Below are positions 54,513 through 64,000 of a stretch of DNA of 64,000 nt, piece after piece (position 1 is the stretch's first letter; each line of letters opens with the position of its first letter). The DNA comes from an uncultured Candidatus Rokubacteria bacterium (GTDB lineage Bacteria > Methylomirabilota > Methylomirabilia > Rokubacteriales > CSP1-6). The stretch is from the NCBI GenBank assembly GCA_963840495.1, contig CAWIZN010000044.1:194055-258054 (forward strand). The letters are read 5' to 3'. The translations under genes were made by a program, and so were the position numbers. A model generated the notes under the pieces. That model saw only the letters and a program-made list of their open reading frames with translations. It was not told where the DNA came from and searched no databases.

Positions 54513-55448
54513 CTACCGGAAGGCCGGCGCGATCTCGGCGATGAAGCGGTCGAGGTCGCGGCGCAGGTCGGGAAGCGGCCGGAACAGGCTCGGGATGAAG
54601 ACCACGCCGGCGCCGGCCGCCCGGAGCTGCTGGAGCTGCTCTCGGATCTGGTCCGGCGTGCCCGCGAGGCAGGTGTCGCGCGCGTCGTCGGCGTGGCGGC
54701 CCATGCGCGTCGCGATGGTGTCGGCGAGGCGATCGACGTCTTCCTTCTTGTCCGTGATGTGCAGCGCCATGTTGACGGAGCGCGTGATGGTCGTCGGGTC
54801 GCGGCCGACGGCCCGGCAGTGCTCGTCGAGGATGGCGCCCTTCTTGGCCATCACCTTCGGGCCGCCCCACACGTTCCAGTGATCCGCGTGCTTGGCCACG
54901 ATGCGCAGGGTCACGCGCTCGCCGCCGCCGCCGATCATCAGCTCGGGATGCGGCGTCTGCACCGGCTTCGGATCGAGCGGGGCGTCGGAGAGCTGGTAGT
55001 ACTTCCCCTGGAAGTCGCTGCGCGCCTTGGTCCAGAGCGACCGCATCACCTGGCAGGCCTCCTCCAGGCGGTCGAGCCGCTCGCGCATCGTGTAGAAGGG
55101 GATGCCGTAGGCGGCGTGCTCGTTCTCCTGCCAGCCCGCGCCGAGCCCGAGGATGAGGCGGCCGCCCGAGATGATGTCGACCTGGGCGGCCATCTTCGCG
55201 ACGATCGCGGGATGGCGGTACGTATTGCCGAGCACGATGGTGCCGACGCGCATCCGCGGCACCAGCGCGGCGAGCGCGCTCAGCGTGCTCCACGACTCGA
55301 GCATGGCGCCCTCGCGCTCCTTGGTGTTCGGCATGAAGTGATCCGTCACGCAGGCGATGTCCCACCCGGTGGATTCCAGCTGCCGCCAGAGGTCGAGCAC
55401 GCCGGACCAGGTCTGGGCGCCCATGCTCGTGAACAGGCCGAAGCGCAT
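54513..55448 (-). CDS. LLM-class F420-dependent oxidoreductase
   Basis: ATG at 55448 after AAAGGAGA (the last 311 codons of track ORF 54513..56213): MRFGLFTSMGAQTWSGVLDLWRQLESTGWDIACVTDHFMP...GTIVLGNTYRHPAIVAKMAAQVDIISGGRLILGLGAGWQENEH... The frame is intact. Confidence 0.85.
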   Translation of the reverse strand: MRFGLFTSMGAQTWSGVLDLWRQLESTGWDIACVTDHFMPNTKEREGAMLESWSTLSALAALVPRMRVGTIVLGNTYRHPAIVAKMAAQVDIISGGRLILGLGAGWQENEHAAYGIPFYTMRERLDRLEEACQVMRSLWTKARSDFQGKYYQLSDAPLDPKPVQTPHPELMIGGGGERVTLRIVAKHADHWNVWGGPKVMAKKGAILDEHCRAVGRDPTTITRSVNMALHITDKKEDVDRLADTIATRMGRHADDARDTCLAGTPDQIREQLQQLRAAGAGVVFIPSLFRPLPDLRRDLDRFIAEIAPAFR

Positions 55449-55620
55449 GTGTGTCTCCTTTTTAGTCGGAGGGGGCCTCGACGGGCCCCCTCCGAGCCTC
55501 CCCTGAAAAGCGGATTGCGCCGGCGAAGCCGGCGCTCGGATCGTGGTCGCATTGCCGAGGCGATAGTGCAGGAGGTCCGGGTTGTGGTCAAGGCGCCGCC
55601 GACGGAGTCCGAGTGCGCCG

Positions 55621-57727
55621 TCAGGCTCGGTTGCTGCCGAGGGCGGAGAAGGCGCGGAGGAACTCTTCCGGAGTGATCTTGCGCGCGCTCGACCTCCACC
55701 CGATTGTCGTGGAAGACCGCGCCCCGGCCCATGTCGGCGTCCTTCTCCATCACCGTGGCCGCGATGCTCGTGCCGCCCGGATTGAGCTTGGGCCAATGCC
55801 CCTTGGCGCCGCCCACGATGCCGGGAGGGACGCGGTCGCTGATCTGAACAAGGGCCAGGTACTCGCCGCGGTCGTTCCAGACGCGGGCCACGTCGCCGTC
55901 CGACAGCCCGCGCGGGGCCGCGTCGTCGGCGTGCAGGAGGACGCGCTGGGGGCCCGCCTTGTCGCGCAGCGCGGGGAGGTTCGAGAACTCCGTGTTCAGG
56001 AAGTGCGGGCCCGCGGGGGCGATGAGCGCGAGCGGAAAGCGCCGGCCGAGATCGGCATCGGCGGTCACCGCCTCGTAGGGCGGCGTATAGGCGGGCAGGG
56101 GATCGAGGCCGGCCGCCGCCGCGCGCTCGGAGTAGAACTCGAGCCGCCCCGACGGCGAGGGGAAGCCCTTGGCGAGCGGCGCCCAGGGCTGGGGCTCGCC
56201 GAGCCGCATCCACCCGCGCTCGGCGAGCGTCTCGAGCGTGATCCCCGCCAGGCGCAGCTCGTCGCCGTCCAGCACGGCGCGCGCGAGGTCCTCGTCCGAG
56301 TCGTACACGCAGGGCTCGGTCACGCCGAGCGCGCGCGCCAGGCGCCGGAAGATCTCGCTATTGGACAGGCACTCGCCCGGCGCGGCCACCGCCGGGGCAT
56401 TCCACGCGAGATACGCGTGCCCGTAGGAATTGTGCAGGTCGGCGTGCTCGATCTGCATCGTCGCCGGGAGCAGGAGATCGGCGAAGTCGGCGGTGTCGGT
56501 CTGGAAGTGGTCGATGACCACGGTGAAGAGATCCTCGCGGGCGAGGCCCTGCCGGACCCGGCCCTGGTCCGGCGCGCTCGCCGCCGGATTGCTGCCGTAG
56601 ACGAGGAGCGCCTGCACCGGCTGATCGCGCGGGGTGAGGAGCGCCTCCGCGAGGCGCGTCATCGCGAGCACGCGCGTGCCCGGCGGCCGGAGATCGTCGC
56701 GCCAGAGCGCGGGCCAGTTCCCCTTGAAGAAGGCTCCGCGTGTCGTAGGCCGCGCCGCCGCCCGGGTAGCGCCAGTCGCCGGTGACGCCCGGGATGCACG
56801 TGATCGTCCGCACCGCCATGCCCCCGCCCGCATGCCGCTGCATGCCGGGGCCGATCCGGATGGCCGTGGGGCGCGCCGTGGCCAGCCGCTCGCCGAGGGC
56901 CTCGATGCGCTCGACGGGCAGTCCCGTGATCTCGGCGACGCGGGCAGGAGGATAGGCCTGGATGCGCTCGCGGAACGCGTCCCAGCCGAGCGTGTGCGCC
57001 TCGATGAACTCGCGGTCCTCGGCGCCCCGGGCGACCACCACGTGCAGCAGTCCGAGCGCCAGCGCCGCATCGGTGCCCGGCCTCGGCGCCAGATGCTCGT
57101 CGGCTCGATCCGCGCTGCGCGTGCGGACCGGATCGATCACGACCACGTGGGCGCCCTTGCTGCCGGGCGGCCTCCACGAACTTCCAGATGTGATGATGCG
57201 TGACGAGCGGATTCGCGCCCCAGAGGATGACGAGCTGCGGCCTCGGCGATGCCCTCGGGGTCCATGCCGATGCGGTTGTCGCCGAGGGTATAGCCGGTGG
57301 CGAAGCCCCCCGCGCTCATGCAGATGGAGAGATGGTGCTGCGTCGTGCCGAGGACGTTCCAGAGGCGCCGGCCGGCGCCCGCCAGCCCCTGGATCATCCC
57401 GAGGGTGCCGGTCCCGTAGTACGGCCAGATGGCCTGGGGCCCGTCGCGCTCGATGATCGCCCGCCAGCGGGCCGCGATCTCGCCCAGCGCCTCGTCCCAG
57501 GAGATCCGCGCGAAGCGCCCCTCGCCCTTCTTCCCGGTGCGGCGCATGGGCCACAGGAGCCGGTCGGGCTGGCGCGTGTGCTCGAGGTAGCGGTTCACCT
57601 TCTCGCACAGGGCGCCGCGCGTATAGGGGTGCTCGCGGTTGCCCAGGAGCTTGACCGCCCGGCCGTCCTCCACGGTGACGACCCAGCTACAGGTGTCGGG
57701 GCAATCGAGCGGGCAGACGCCGTGCAC
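55621..57727 (-). pseudogene. molybdopterin (MGD)-dependent oxidoreductase, several frameshifts; exact ends uncertain
   Basis: The N-terminus carries a 4Fe-4S motif, HGVCPLDCPDTCSWVVTVEDGRAVKLLGNREHPYTRGALCEKV (ORF 57137..57898). It is followed by ...LVILWGANPLVTHHHIWKFVEAARQQG, then AHVVVIDPVRTRSADRADEHLAPRPGTDAALALGLLHVV... (ORF 56358..57608), then ...LLVYGSNPAASAPDQ...LPATMQIEHADL...ADDAAPRGLSDGDVARVWNDRGEYLALVQISDRVPPGIV... (ORF 55346..57070). Shifts are near 57235, 57150 and 56745, with possibly another near 55685. A GTG at 57727 is proposed as the start. Confidence 0.75.
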
Positions 57728-57843
57728 ATGGCGCGTGGCCGGTCGCCGAGACGGCGGGAAGCGATTGATGAATGGCCATGCAGGGATACTGTCGGGTCGA
57801 TGAGGGGCTGTCAAGGGACCGGCTGCAGGCTGATCGGCCAACC

Positions 57844-57873
57844 TTGACACCCGGCCCGGCCCGGCGGGATGAT
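57844..57873 (+). promoter_or_regulatory. sigma70-type promoter TTGACA-N18-GATGAT, leaderless layout for cimA
   Basis: TTGACA at 57844-57849 and GATGAT at 57868-57873. The ATG at 57882 lies 8 nt after the -10 element, with no SD. Confidence 0.4.
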
Positions 57874-57881
57874 GGCGGCCT

Positions 57882-59471
57882 ATGACGCGAGAAATCAAGA
57901 TCTACGACACGACGCTCCGCGACGGGACCCAGGGCGAAGGGGTGTCCTTCTCCATGGAGGACAAGGTCCGGATCGCCCAGCGCCTCGACAGGCTCGGCGT
58001 CCACTACATCGAGGGCGGCTGGCCGGGCAGCAATCCCAAAGATTTGCGCTTCTTCAAGCGCGTCCAGGACGCGGTGTTCAAGTCGGCGAAGATCACCGCC
58101 TTCGGCTCGACGCGGCGGCCCGGCGTCCGGCCCCAGGAAGACACGAACATCCAGTCCCTCGTCGAGGCGGGGCCCCCGGTGGTCACCATCTTCGGCAAGT
58201 CCTGGGACTTCCACGTGACCTCGGCGCTCAATACGACGCTCGAGGAAAACCTCGCGATGATCGGCGATTCCGTCGCCTACCTCCTGAAGCACTTCGAGGA
58301 GGTGATCTACGACGCCGAGCACTTCTTCGACGGCTTCAAGAAGAACCGCGACTACGCCATCCAGACGCTCCTGGCGGCGGAGGCCGCGGGCGCGCACTGC
58401 CTGGTCCTGTGCGACACCAATGGCGGGAGCCTGCCCCACGAGATCGCCGGGATCATCCGCGAGGTCAAGCGGATCGTGAAGGCCGACACGCCGCTCGGCA
58501 TCCACGTCCACAATGACACCGACTGCGCGGTCGCCAACTCGCTCGCCGCCGTGAGCGAGGGGATCAGCCACGTCCAGGGGACCATGAACGGCTACGGCGA
58601 GCGCTGCGGCAATGCCAACCTGGTCTCGATCATCCCGAACCTCATGCTGAAGATGGGGCTCGAGTGCATCCCGCAGGCGAACCTGCGCGAGCTGCGCGAC
58701 GTGTCGCGCTTCGTCTCGGAGCTGGCCAACCGCAAGCCCTGGTCGGCTCAGCCCTATGTCGGGGACTCCGCCTTCGCCCACAAGGGCGGCATCCACGTGT
58801 CCGCCGTGCTGAAGCATCCGGAGACGTACGAGCACACCGATCCGGACCTGGTGGGCAATCATCGCCGGGTGCTCGTCTCCGAGCTGGCCGGGCAGTCGAA
58901 TATCCTGTGGAAAGCGCGGGAGTACGGGATCGACCTCGACAAGAACACCCCGGAGGCCCGCCGCATTCTCGAGATGCTGAAGCGCATGGAGGACGAGGGC
59001 TTCCAGTTCGAGGGGGCGGAGGCCTCGTTCGAGCTCCTGATGGAGCGGGCGCTCGGCAATCACCGGCCGTACTTCGACCTGGACGGCTACCGCGTGATCG
59101 TCGAGGAGGACAATGGCGACGAGGAGCCGGTGGCGGAGGCCACCGTGCGGCTGCGCGTCAAGGGCATTGCCGAGCACACCGCGGCGGCGGGCAATGGGCC
59201 GGTCAATGCGCTCGACCACGCCCTGCGCAAGGCCCTCGGCGACTTCTACCCCAACCTGAGGGAGATGTCGCTCCTCGACTACAAGGTCCGCATCCTGGAC
59301 GAGTCCAAGGGCACCGGCGCCAAGACGCGCGTCCTCGTCACCTCGGGGGACGGCAACGAGACCTGGGGGACGGTCGGCGTCGCCGACAATATCATCGAGG
59401 CGTCGTGGCAGGCGCTGGTGGATTCGATCGAGTACAAGCTGCGGCGCGACGAGCGCAAGGGGCAGCGCTGA
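57882..59471 (+). CDS. cimA: citramalate synthase (long-form, LeuA-dimer C-terminal domain)
   Basis: 529-aa intact ORF: [61 protein letters not shown]...[17 protein letters not shown]...[15 protein letters not shown]... This is the CimA-type pattern within the IPMS/HMGL family. Confidence 0.85.
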   Translation: MTREIKIYDTTLRDGTQGEGVSFSMEDKVRIAQRLDRLGVHYIEGGWPGSNPKDLRFFKRVQDAVFKSAKITAFGSTRRPGVRPQEDTNIQSLVEAGPPVVTIFGKSWDFHVTSALNTTLEENLAMIGDSVAYLLKHFEEVIYDAEHFFDGFKKNRDYAIQTLLAAEAAGAHCLVLCDTNGGSLPHEIAGIIREVKRIVKADTPLGIHVHNDTDCAVANSLAAVSEGISHVQGTMNGYGERCGNANLVSIIPNLMLKMGLECIPQANLRELRDVSRFVSELANRKPWSAQPYVGDSAFAHKGGIHVSAVLKHPETYEHTDPDLVGNHRRVLVSELAGQSNILWKAREYGIDLDKNTPEARRILEMLKRMEDEGFQFEGAEASFELLMERALGNHRPYFDLDGYRVIVEEDNGDEEPVAEATVRLRVKGIAEHTAAAGNGPVNALDHALRKALGDFYPNLREMSLLDYKVRILDESKGTGAKTRVLVTSGDGNETWGTVGVADNIIEASWQALVDSIEYKLRRDERKGQR

Positions 59472-59482
59472 CGCGTTGACGA

Positions 59483-60410
59483 TTGCCGCGAAGGCTGATC
59501 GAGGATGTCGCGCGGGAGTTGATGGCGCGGGCGGCCATCGATATTCCCGCCGACTACCGCGAGGGCGTTCGGCTGGCGCGGGATCGCGAGACGGGGAAGC
59601 TGCCGCGGTTCGTGCTCACCGAGATGCTCAGAAACTGGGACGTGGCGGCGGCGGAGCGGCGGCCCATGTGCGCGGACACGGGGCTGCCGCGGTACTACGT
59701 GCGGCTCGGGCAATGAGGCGGTGGTCGAGGGCGGGCTGGTGGCGCTCGAGCGGGCCCTCCGCCGGGCGACGGCCGACGCGACGGCGAGCATTCCCCTTCG
59801 CCCCAACCGCGTGCACCCGCTGACGCGCGCGCCTTCGAATGACAACGTGGGCGTGCACGCGCCCGAGGTCACCTACGCGGTCGAGCCCCTCGCCGACTGG
59901 ATCGACGTCACCGCCGTGCACAAGGGCGGCTTGTTCGGGAGCGACTACCGGATGCTCTTTCCCGGCGATGGCATCGCGGGGATCAAGCGGTTCTTCGTGG
60001 ACACCCTGATCGAGTCGGGCAAGCGCGGGCTCGCCTGCCAGCCCGCCATCGTCGGCGTCGGCATCGGGGGCGCCAAGGATACGTGCGTGCGGCTCGGCAA
60101 GGAGGCGGCGTGCCTGCGCGTCGTCGGCAGCCGCAACCCCGATCCCGACGCCGCCGCGCTCGAGGACGAGCTGACCGCGCTCGGCAACTATATCGGGATC
60201 GGCGCGATGGGCTTCGCGGGCACGTCGATGGTCGTGGCGACCCACGTGGAGCTGGCGCACACGCATACGGGCGGCCTGCCCGTCGGCATCCACCAGTTCT
60301 GCCTCTCGTCGCGCCGGGCCACCGCGCGCCTCTTCCCCGACGGCCGCGCGGAGTTTCGCGGCGATCCCGGGTGGTTCACGGACTACTACCGCCGGCAGGG
60401 CGTCGAATGA
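59483..60410 (+). pseudogene. Fe-S type hydro-lyase alpha subunit (class I fumarate hydratase / L(+)-tartrate dehydratase family), one frameshift
   Basis: ...RRPMCADTGLPRYYVRLG (track ORF 59483..59716) is followed by NEAVVEGGLVALERALRRATADATASIPLRPNRVHPLT...VHKGGLFGSDY...VGVGIGG... (ORF 59721..60410). The shift is at the ggg run 59708-59710. The start codon is uncertain (TTG 59483). Confidence 0.8.
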
Positions 60411-61099
60411 CGCGGATCGAGCGGCTCGACGACGTGGCGATGGACGAGGTGCACCTGACCACGCCCGTCTCCGCCGAGGCGATCGCCGGGCTCAAGCTCG
60501 GCGACGTCGTCTACGTGAGCGGCGTGGTCTACACCGCCCGCGAGGGGGTGTACCACCAGGTGGTGGACAAGGGCGTCCCGCTCCCCGACGGCCTGCGCGA
60601 GCTGTCCAACGTGAACTTCCAGTGCGCGCCCGCGGCCAGCGTGCGGCCCGACGGCGGCTATCACGTGGAGGCGGTGACGGCGACGGCGAGCTTTCGGTTC
60701 GGGCGCTCCATGTCCGCCTGGTTCGAGCGCTCCGGCGCCCGCGTCATCATCGGCAAGGCGGGCCTCACGGAGCTGGCCTACCGCGAGTGGTTCGTCCCTC
60801 ACGGCGCGGTGTACTTGACCACGGTGGGCTACGGGATGGGCGCGGCCTACGGCCACTGCATCACGCGCGTCCGCGACGTCTACTGGCTCCGCGAGCTGGG
60901 CATCGCGCAGGCCCTCTGGGTGCTCGAGGTCGACAAGATCGGGCCGTTCCTGGTGGAGGGCGATGCGGAGGGCCGGAGCCTCTTCGCCCTCGCCAACCGC
61001 GAGATCGACGCCCGGATCGACGAGATCTATCGCGACCTGCCCCCGCCGGCCCTGTCGCGGTTCGGCGAGGTCCTCTCGCGCAAGGGCGAGGTGATCTAG
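60407..61099 (+). CDS. Fe-S type hydro-lyase beta subunit (fumarate hydratase class I C-terminal domain type)
   Basis: ATG at 60407 overlaps the upstream stop (ATGA): MTRIERLDDVAMDEVHLTTPVSAEAIAGLKLGDVVYVSGVVYTAREGVYHQVV...VIIGKAGL...LGIAQALWVLEVDKIGPFLV... (230 aa). Confidence 0.8.
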   Translation: MTRIERLDDVAMDEVHLTTPVSAEAIAGLKLGDVVYVSGVVYTAREGVYHQVVDKGVPLPDGLRELSNVNFQCAPAASVRPDGGYHVEAVTATASFRFGRSMSAWFERSGARVIIGKAGLTELAYREWFVPHGAVYLTTVGYGMGAAYGHCITRVRDVYWLRELGIAQALWVLEVDKIGPFLVEGDAEGRSLFALANREIDARIDEIYRDLPPPALSRFGEVLSRKGEVI

Positions 61100-61162
61100 C
61101 GCCCACGATTCGCGAACGGAGCACGCCCGCGGCGGTGCGGATGACGCGGCGGGGGCCGAGGG

Positions 61163-61277
61163 CGATGGGTCCTCCGACCACCGCCGACTCCGTACCGGTC
61201 ACCCGTGGAGCCGTTCCCATCCTCGGCCGCTATGTCGTCGTCTCAGGCAGAGCGGAAGGGCTCTGACGGACTCCATC
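61163..61277 (+). repeat. repeat family B, copy 2
   Basis: gatgggtcctccgaccaccgccgactccgtaccggtcacccgtggagccgttcccatcctcggccgctatgtcgtcgtctcaggcagagcggaagggctctgacggactccatc is collinear with 51693..51802 with scattered substitutions and indels. It lies between convergent genes and overlaps the 3' end of the GNAT ORF. Confidence 0.7.
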
Positions 61278-61813
61278 CCCCCGGCTCCCGCCGCGTCACC
61301 CGCCCGGTCACCGTATGCGCTGCACGAACCGTGGCGGGCCAGTACTCGCGTGGACGTCGGGGTCGGTGTGTGGGTCAGGCGCTGCCTGCGGGGTGGGATG
61401 CGGCGGTAGAAGAGGAGCTCGCGGGTGCCCTGGGGCAGGTTGTCGATATGCCCGCTCGGCGTGAAGCCGAGGGCCGTGTGCATCCGGATCGACACGCCGT
61501 TGGTCTCCTCCGTCGACGAGAAGAGGCGCGGCGTGGGGGAGATCACCTCGACGGACTTGAAGAACTCCCGCGCGATGCCCTTGCGCCGATACTCCTCGCG
61601 CACCACCACCAGGGTGACGAAGGTGCACTGAAACCAATCGGTGCGGTACGCGAGGAAGCCGACGATCTGGCCGTCGGCCTCGGCGACGACGAGGTGATGC
61701 CGCTCCATGTGCGAGCGGATGAAGGCGCCGGCGCGCTCCTCGCCGATGGCGAGCGCGGCGAGCTCGGCGCATCCCGCGGCATCGGCGATGCGGGGCAGCC
61801 TGACCTCGATCAT
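61199..61813 (-). CDS. GNAT-family N-acetyltransferase (C-terminal ~70 aa probably read-through into repeat B)
   Basis: ATG at 61813: MIEVRLPRIADAAGCAELAALAIGEERAGAFIRSHMERHHLVVAEADGQIVGFLAYRTDWFQCTFVTLVVVREEYRRKGIAREFFKSVE...ALGFTPSG... shows the GNAT motif A, R-x-x-G-x-A. The tail beyond ...LLFYRRI has no family character. Confidence 0.7.
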   Translation of the reverse strand: MIEVRLPRIADAAGCAELAALAIGEERAGAFIRSHMERHHLVVAEADGQIVGFLAYRTDWFQCTFVTLVVVREEYRRKGIAREFFKSVEVISPTPRLFSSTEETNGVSIRMHTALGFTPSGHIDNLPQGTRELLFYRRIPPRRQRLTHTPTPTSTRVLARHGSCSAYGDRAGDAAGAGGMESVRALPLCLRRRHSGRGWERLHG

Positions 61814-61928
61814 GGCGATATCCGGCGGCGGCGCCCCGTCGGGATCGCTCGAGCGAGGCGATGCTCGCCGCTCGAGCGATCCGACACCGGTCACCCCTGC
61901 GATCCGCGAATCTCTCGCGGCGCTCCGA

Positions 61929-62624
61929 TCAATACGTCCCCGGGCGGATCTGCTGGTACAGCGCCTTCAGCTTGTCCGGGGTGAAGTCCTTCGACTGGCA
62001 GAGGGAGATGATCTTCCTCTCGTCGGCCTCGACCTTGGCGATGGCCTCGGGGATCTGGGGGGCGATCTCGTGGGGAATGGTGACGACGCCGTGCTGGTCG
62101 GCGTGGACGAGGTCGCCGGGCTTGATCCAGACGCCGCCGACCTTGACGGGGATGCCGAAGTCGACCATGTGCACGTTGGCGTGCGACACCGAGACGTGGG
62201 CCGCGCAGAACTGGAACTTGAGCGCCCGGACCTCGTCGAGGTCCCGCACGGAGCCGTCGGTGACCACCCCCACGCAGCCGAGGGCGCGGTGGATATTGGC
62301 CTGGACCTCGCCCCACTGGGCCCCCTGGCCGCGCGGCTCGTCGAGGTCGTGGACCACGATCACGCGCGGGGCGGGGATGGTCTGGACGAAGTCCCACCAG
62401 CCATAGGTGCTGGCGCGGTGCCCGTCGATCGGCCCCGCCTCGGCGCGGATGATGGCGGTGACGGCATAGCCCACCATCGGGCCCATCTCGGGGAAGAGCG
62501 CCTTGATGTCGGAGGAGAGGTTGCCCTGCTCGCGCGGCCGCACCTTGAACGTCTCGATGGCATTGGCCACGCTGGGGCTGGTGATCTTCTTGAGCGCGTC
62601 GACCTGCTGGGATGTGAGCGTCAC
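61929..62624 (-). CDS. RraA-family protein (4-hydroxy-4-methyl-2-oxoglutarate aldolase / RNase E inhibitor-like fold)
   Basis: 231-aa intact ORF: ...ITSPSVANAIETFKV...GYAVTAIIRAE...VIVVHDLDEPRGQGAQWGEVQANIHRALGCVGVVTDGSVRDLDEV...PVKVGGVWIKPGDLVHADQHGVVTIP... Confidence 0.8.
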   Translation of the reverse strand: MTLTSQQVDALKKITSPSVANAIETFKVRPREQGNLSSDIKALFPEMGPMVGYAVTAIIRAEAGPIDGHRASTYGWWDFVQTIPAPRVIVVHDLDEPRGQGAQWGEVQANIHRALGCVGVVTDGSVRDLDEVRALKFQFCAAHVSVSHANVHMVDFGIPVKVGGVWIKPGDLVHADQHGVVTIPHEIAPQIPEAIAKVEADERKIISLCQSKDFTPDKLKALYQQIRPGTY

Positions 62625-62660
62625 TGGCGCATCCTCCTTGTTCGGGTGAGACGACGGATG

Positions 62661-64000
<1,340 letters not shown>

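Overview
The window is a very GC-rich bacterial chromosomal segment of about 50 protein-coding loci. I found no rRNA, tRNA or CRISPR array. Most genes are metabolic or transport genes: polar amino-acid and peptide ABC transporters, LLM/F420-type oxidoreductases, a thiolase/DUF35/CoA-transferase set, an acyl-CoA carboxylase, citramalate synthase, LL-DAP aminotransferase, NudC and LigA. The gene mix looks like an uncultured soil lineage (Rokubacteria/Methylomirabilota-like or actinobacteria-like), but this is inference only.

Main observations:
1. An imuA-imuB-dnaE2 mutagenesis cassette (23.1-29.5 kb). Its DnaE2 carries a full-length LAGLIDADG intein (27336..28600) that is AT-richer than its flanks.
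2. A 64-66 bp direct repeat of dnaE2 sequence (28694..28759 and 30772..30835) brackets the dnaE2 3' end and a lower-GC island. This looks like the scar of an integrated element.
3. Three families of non-coding repeats. A MITE-like element sits exactly on the stop codons of three genes (10140, 15714, 16851). A second element occurs between convergent genes (51693, 61163). A 164-bp element with 40-bp inverted termini splits two permease genes (7900..8063). There is also a 3 x 59-60 bp tandem repeat (39521..39699).
4. Roughly 45 reading-frame breaks by manual tracing, spread over about 22 genes. Several lie in G/C homopolymers. One 2.1-kb gene alone has about 12. Several gene relics are also present. 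I cannot tell sequencing indels from real erosion using the sequence alone.
5. A recurrent promoter layout (TTGACA-like -35, then -10, then the start codon 6-9 nt later) implies leaderless mRNAs for first genes of operons.
6. Unusual architectures: a zinc-ribbon/TM/family-5 SBP fusion, a NYN plus OST-HTH-like protein, a DUF898-M48 peptidase pair, and an in-frame alpha/beta-hydrolase-LLM fusion.

All family calls come from motif recognition by eye in the supplied translations. No database search was run.
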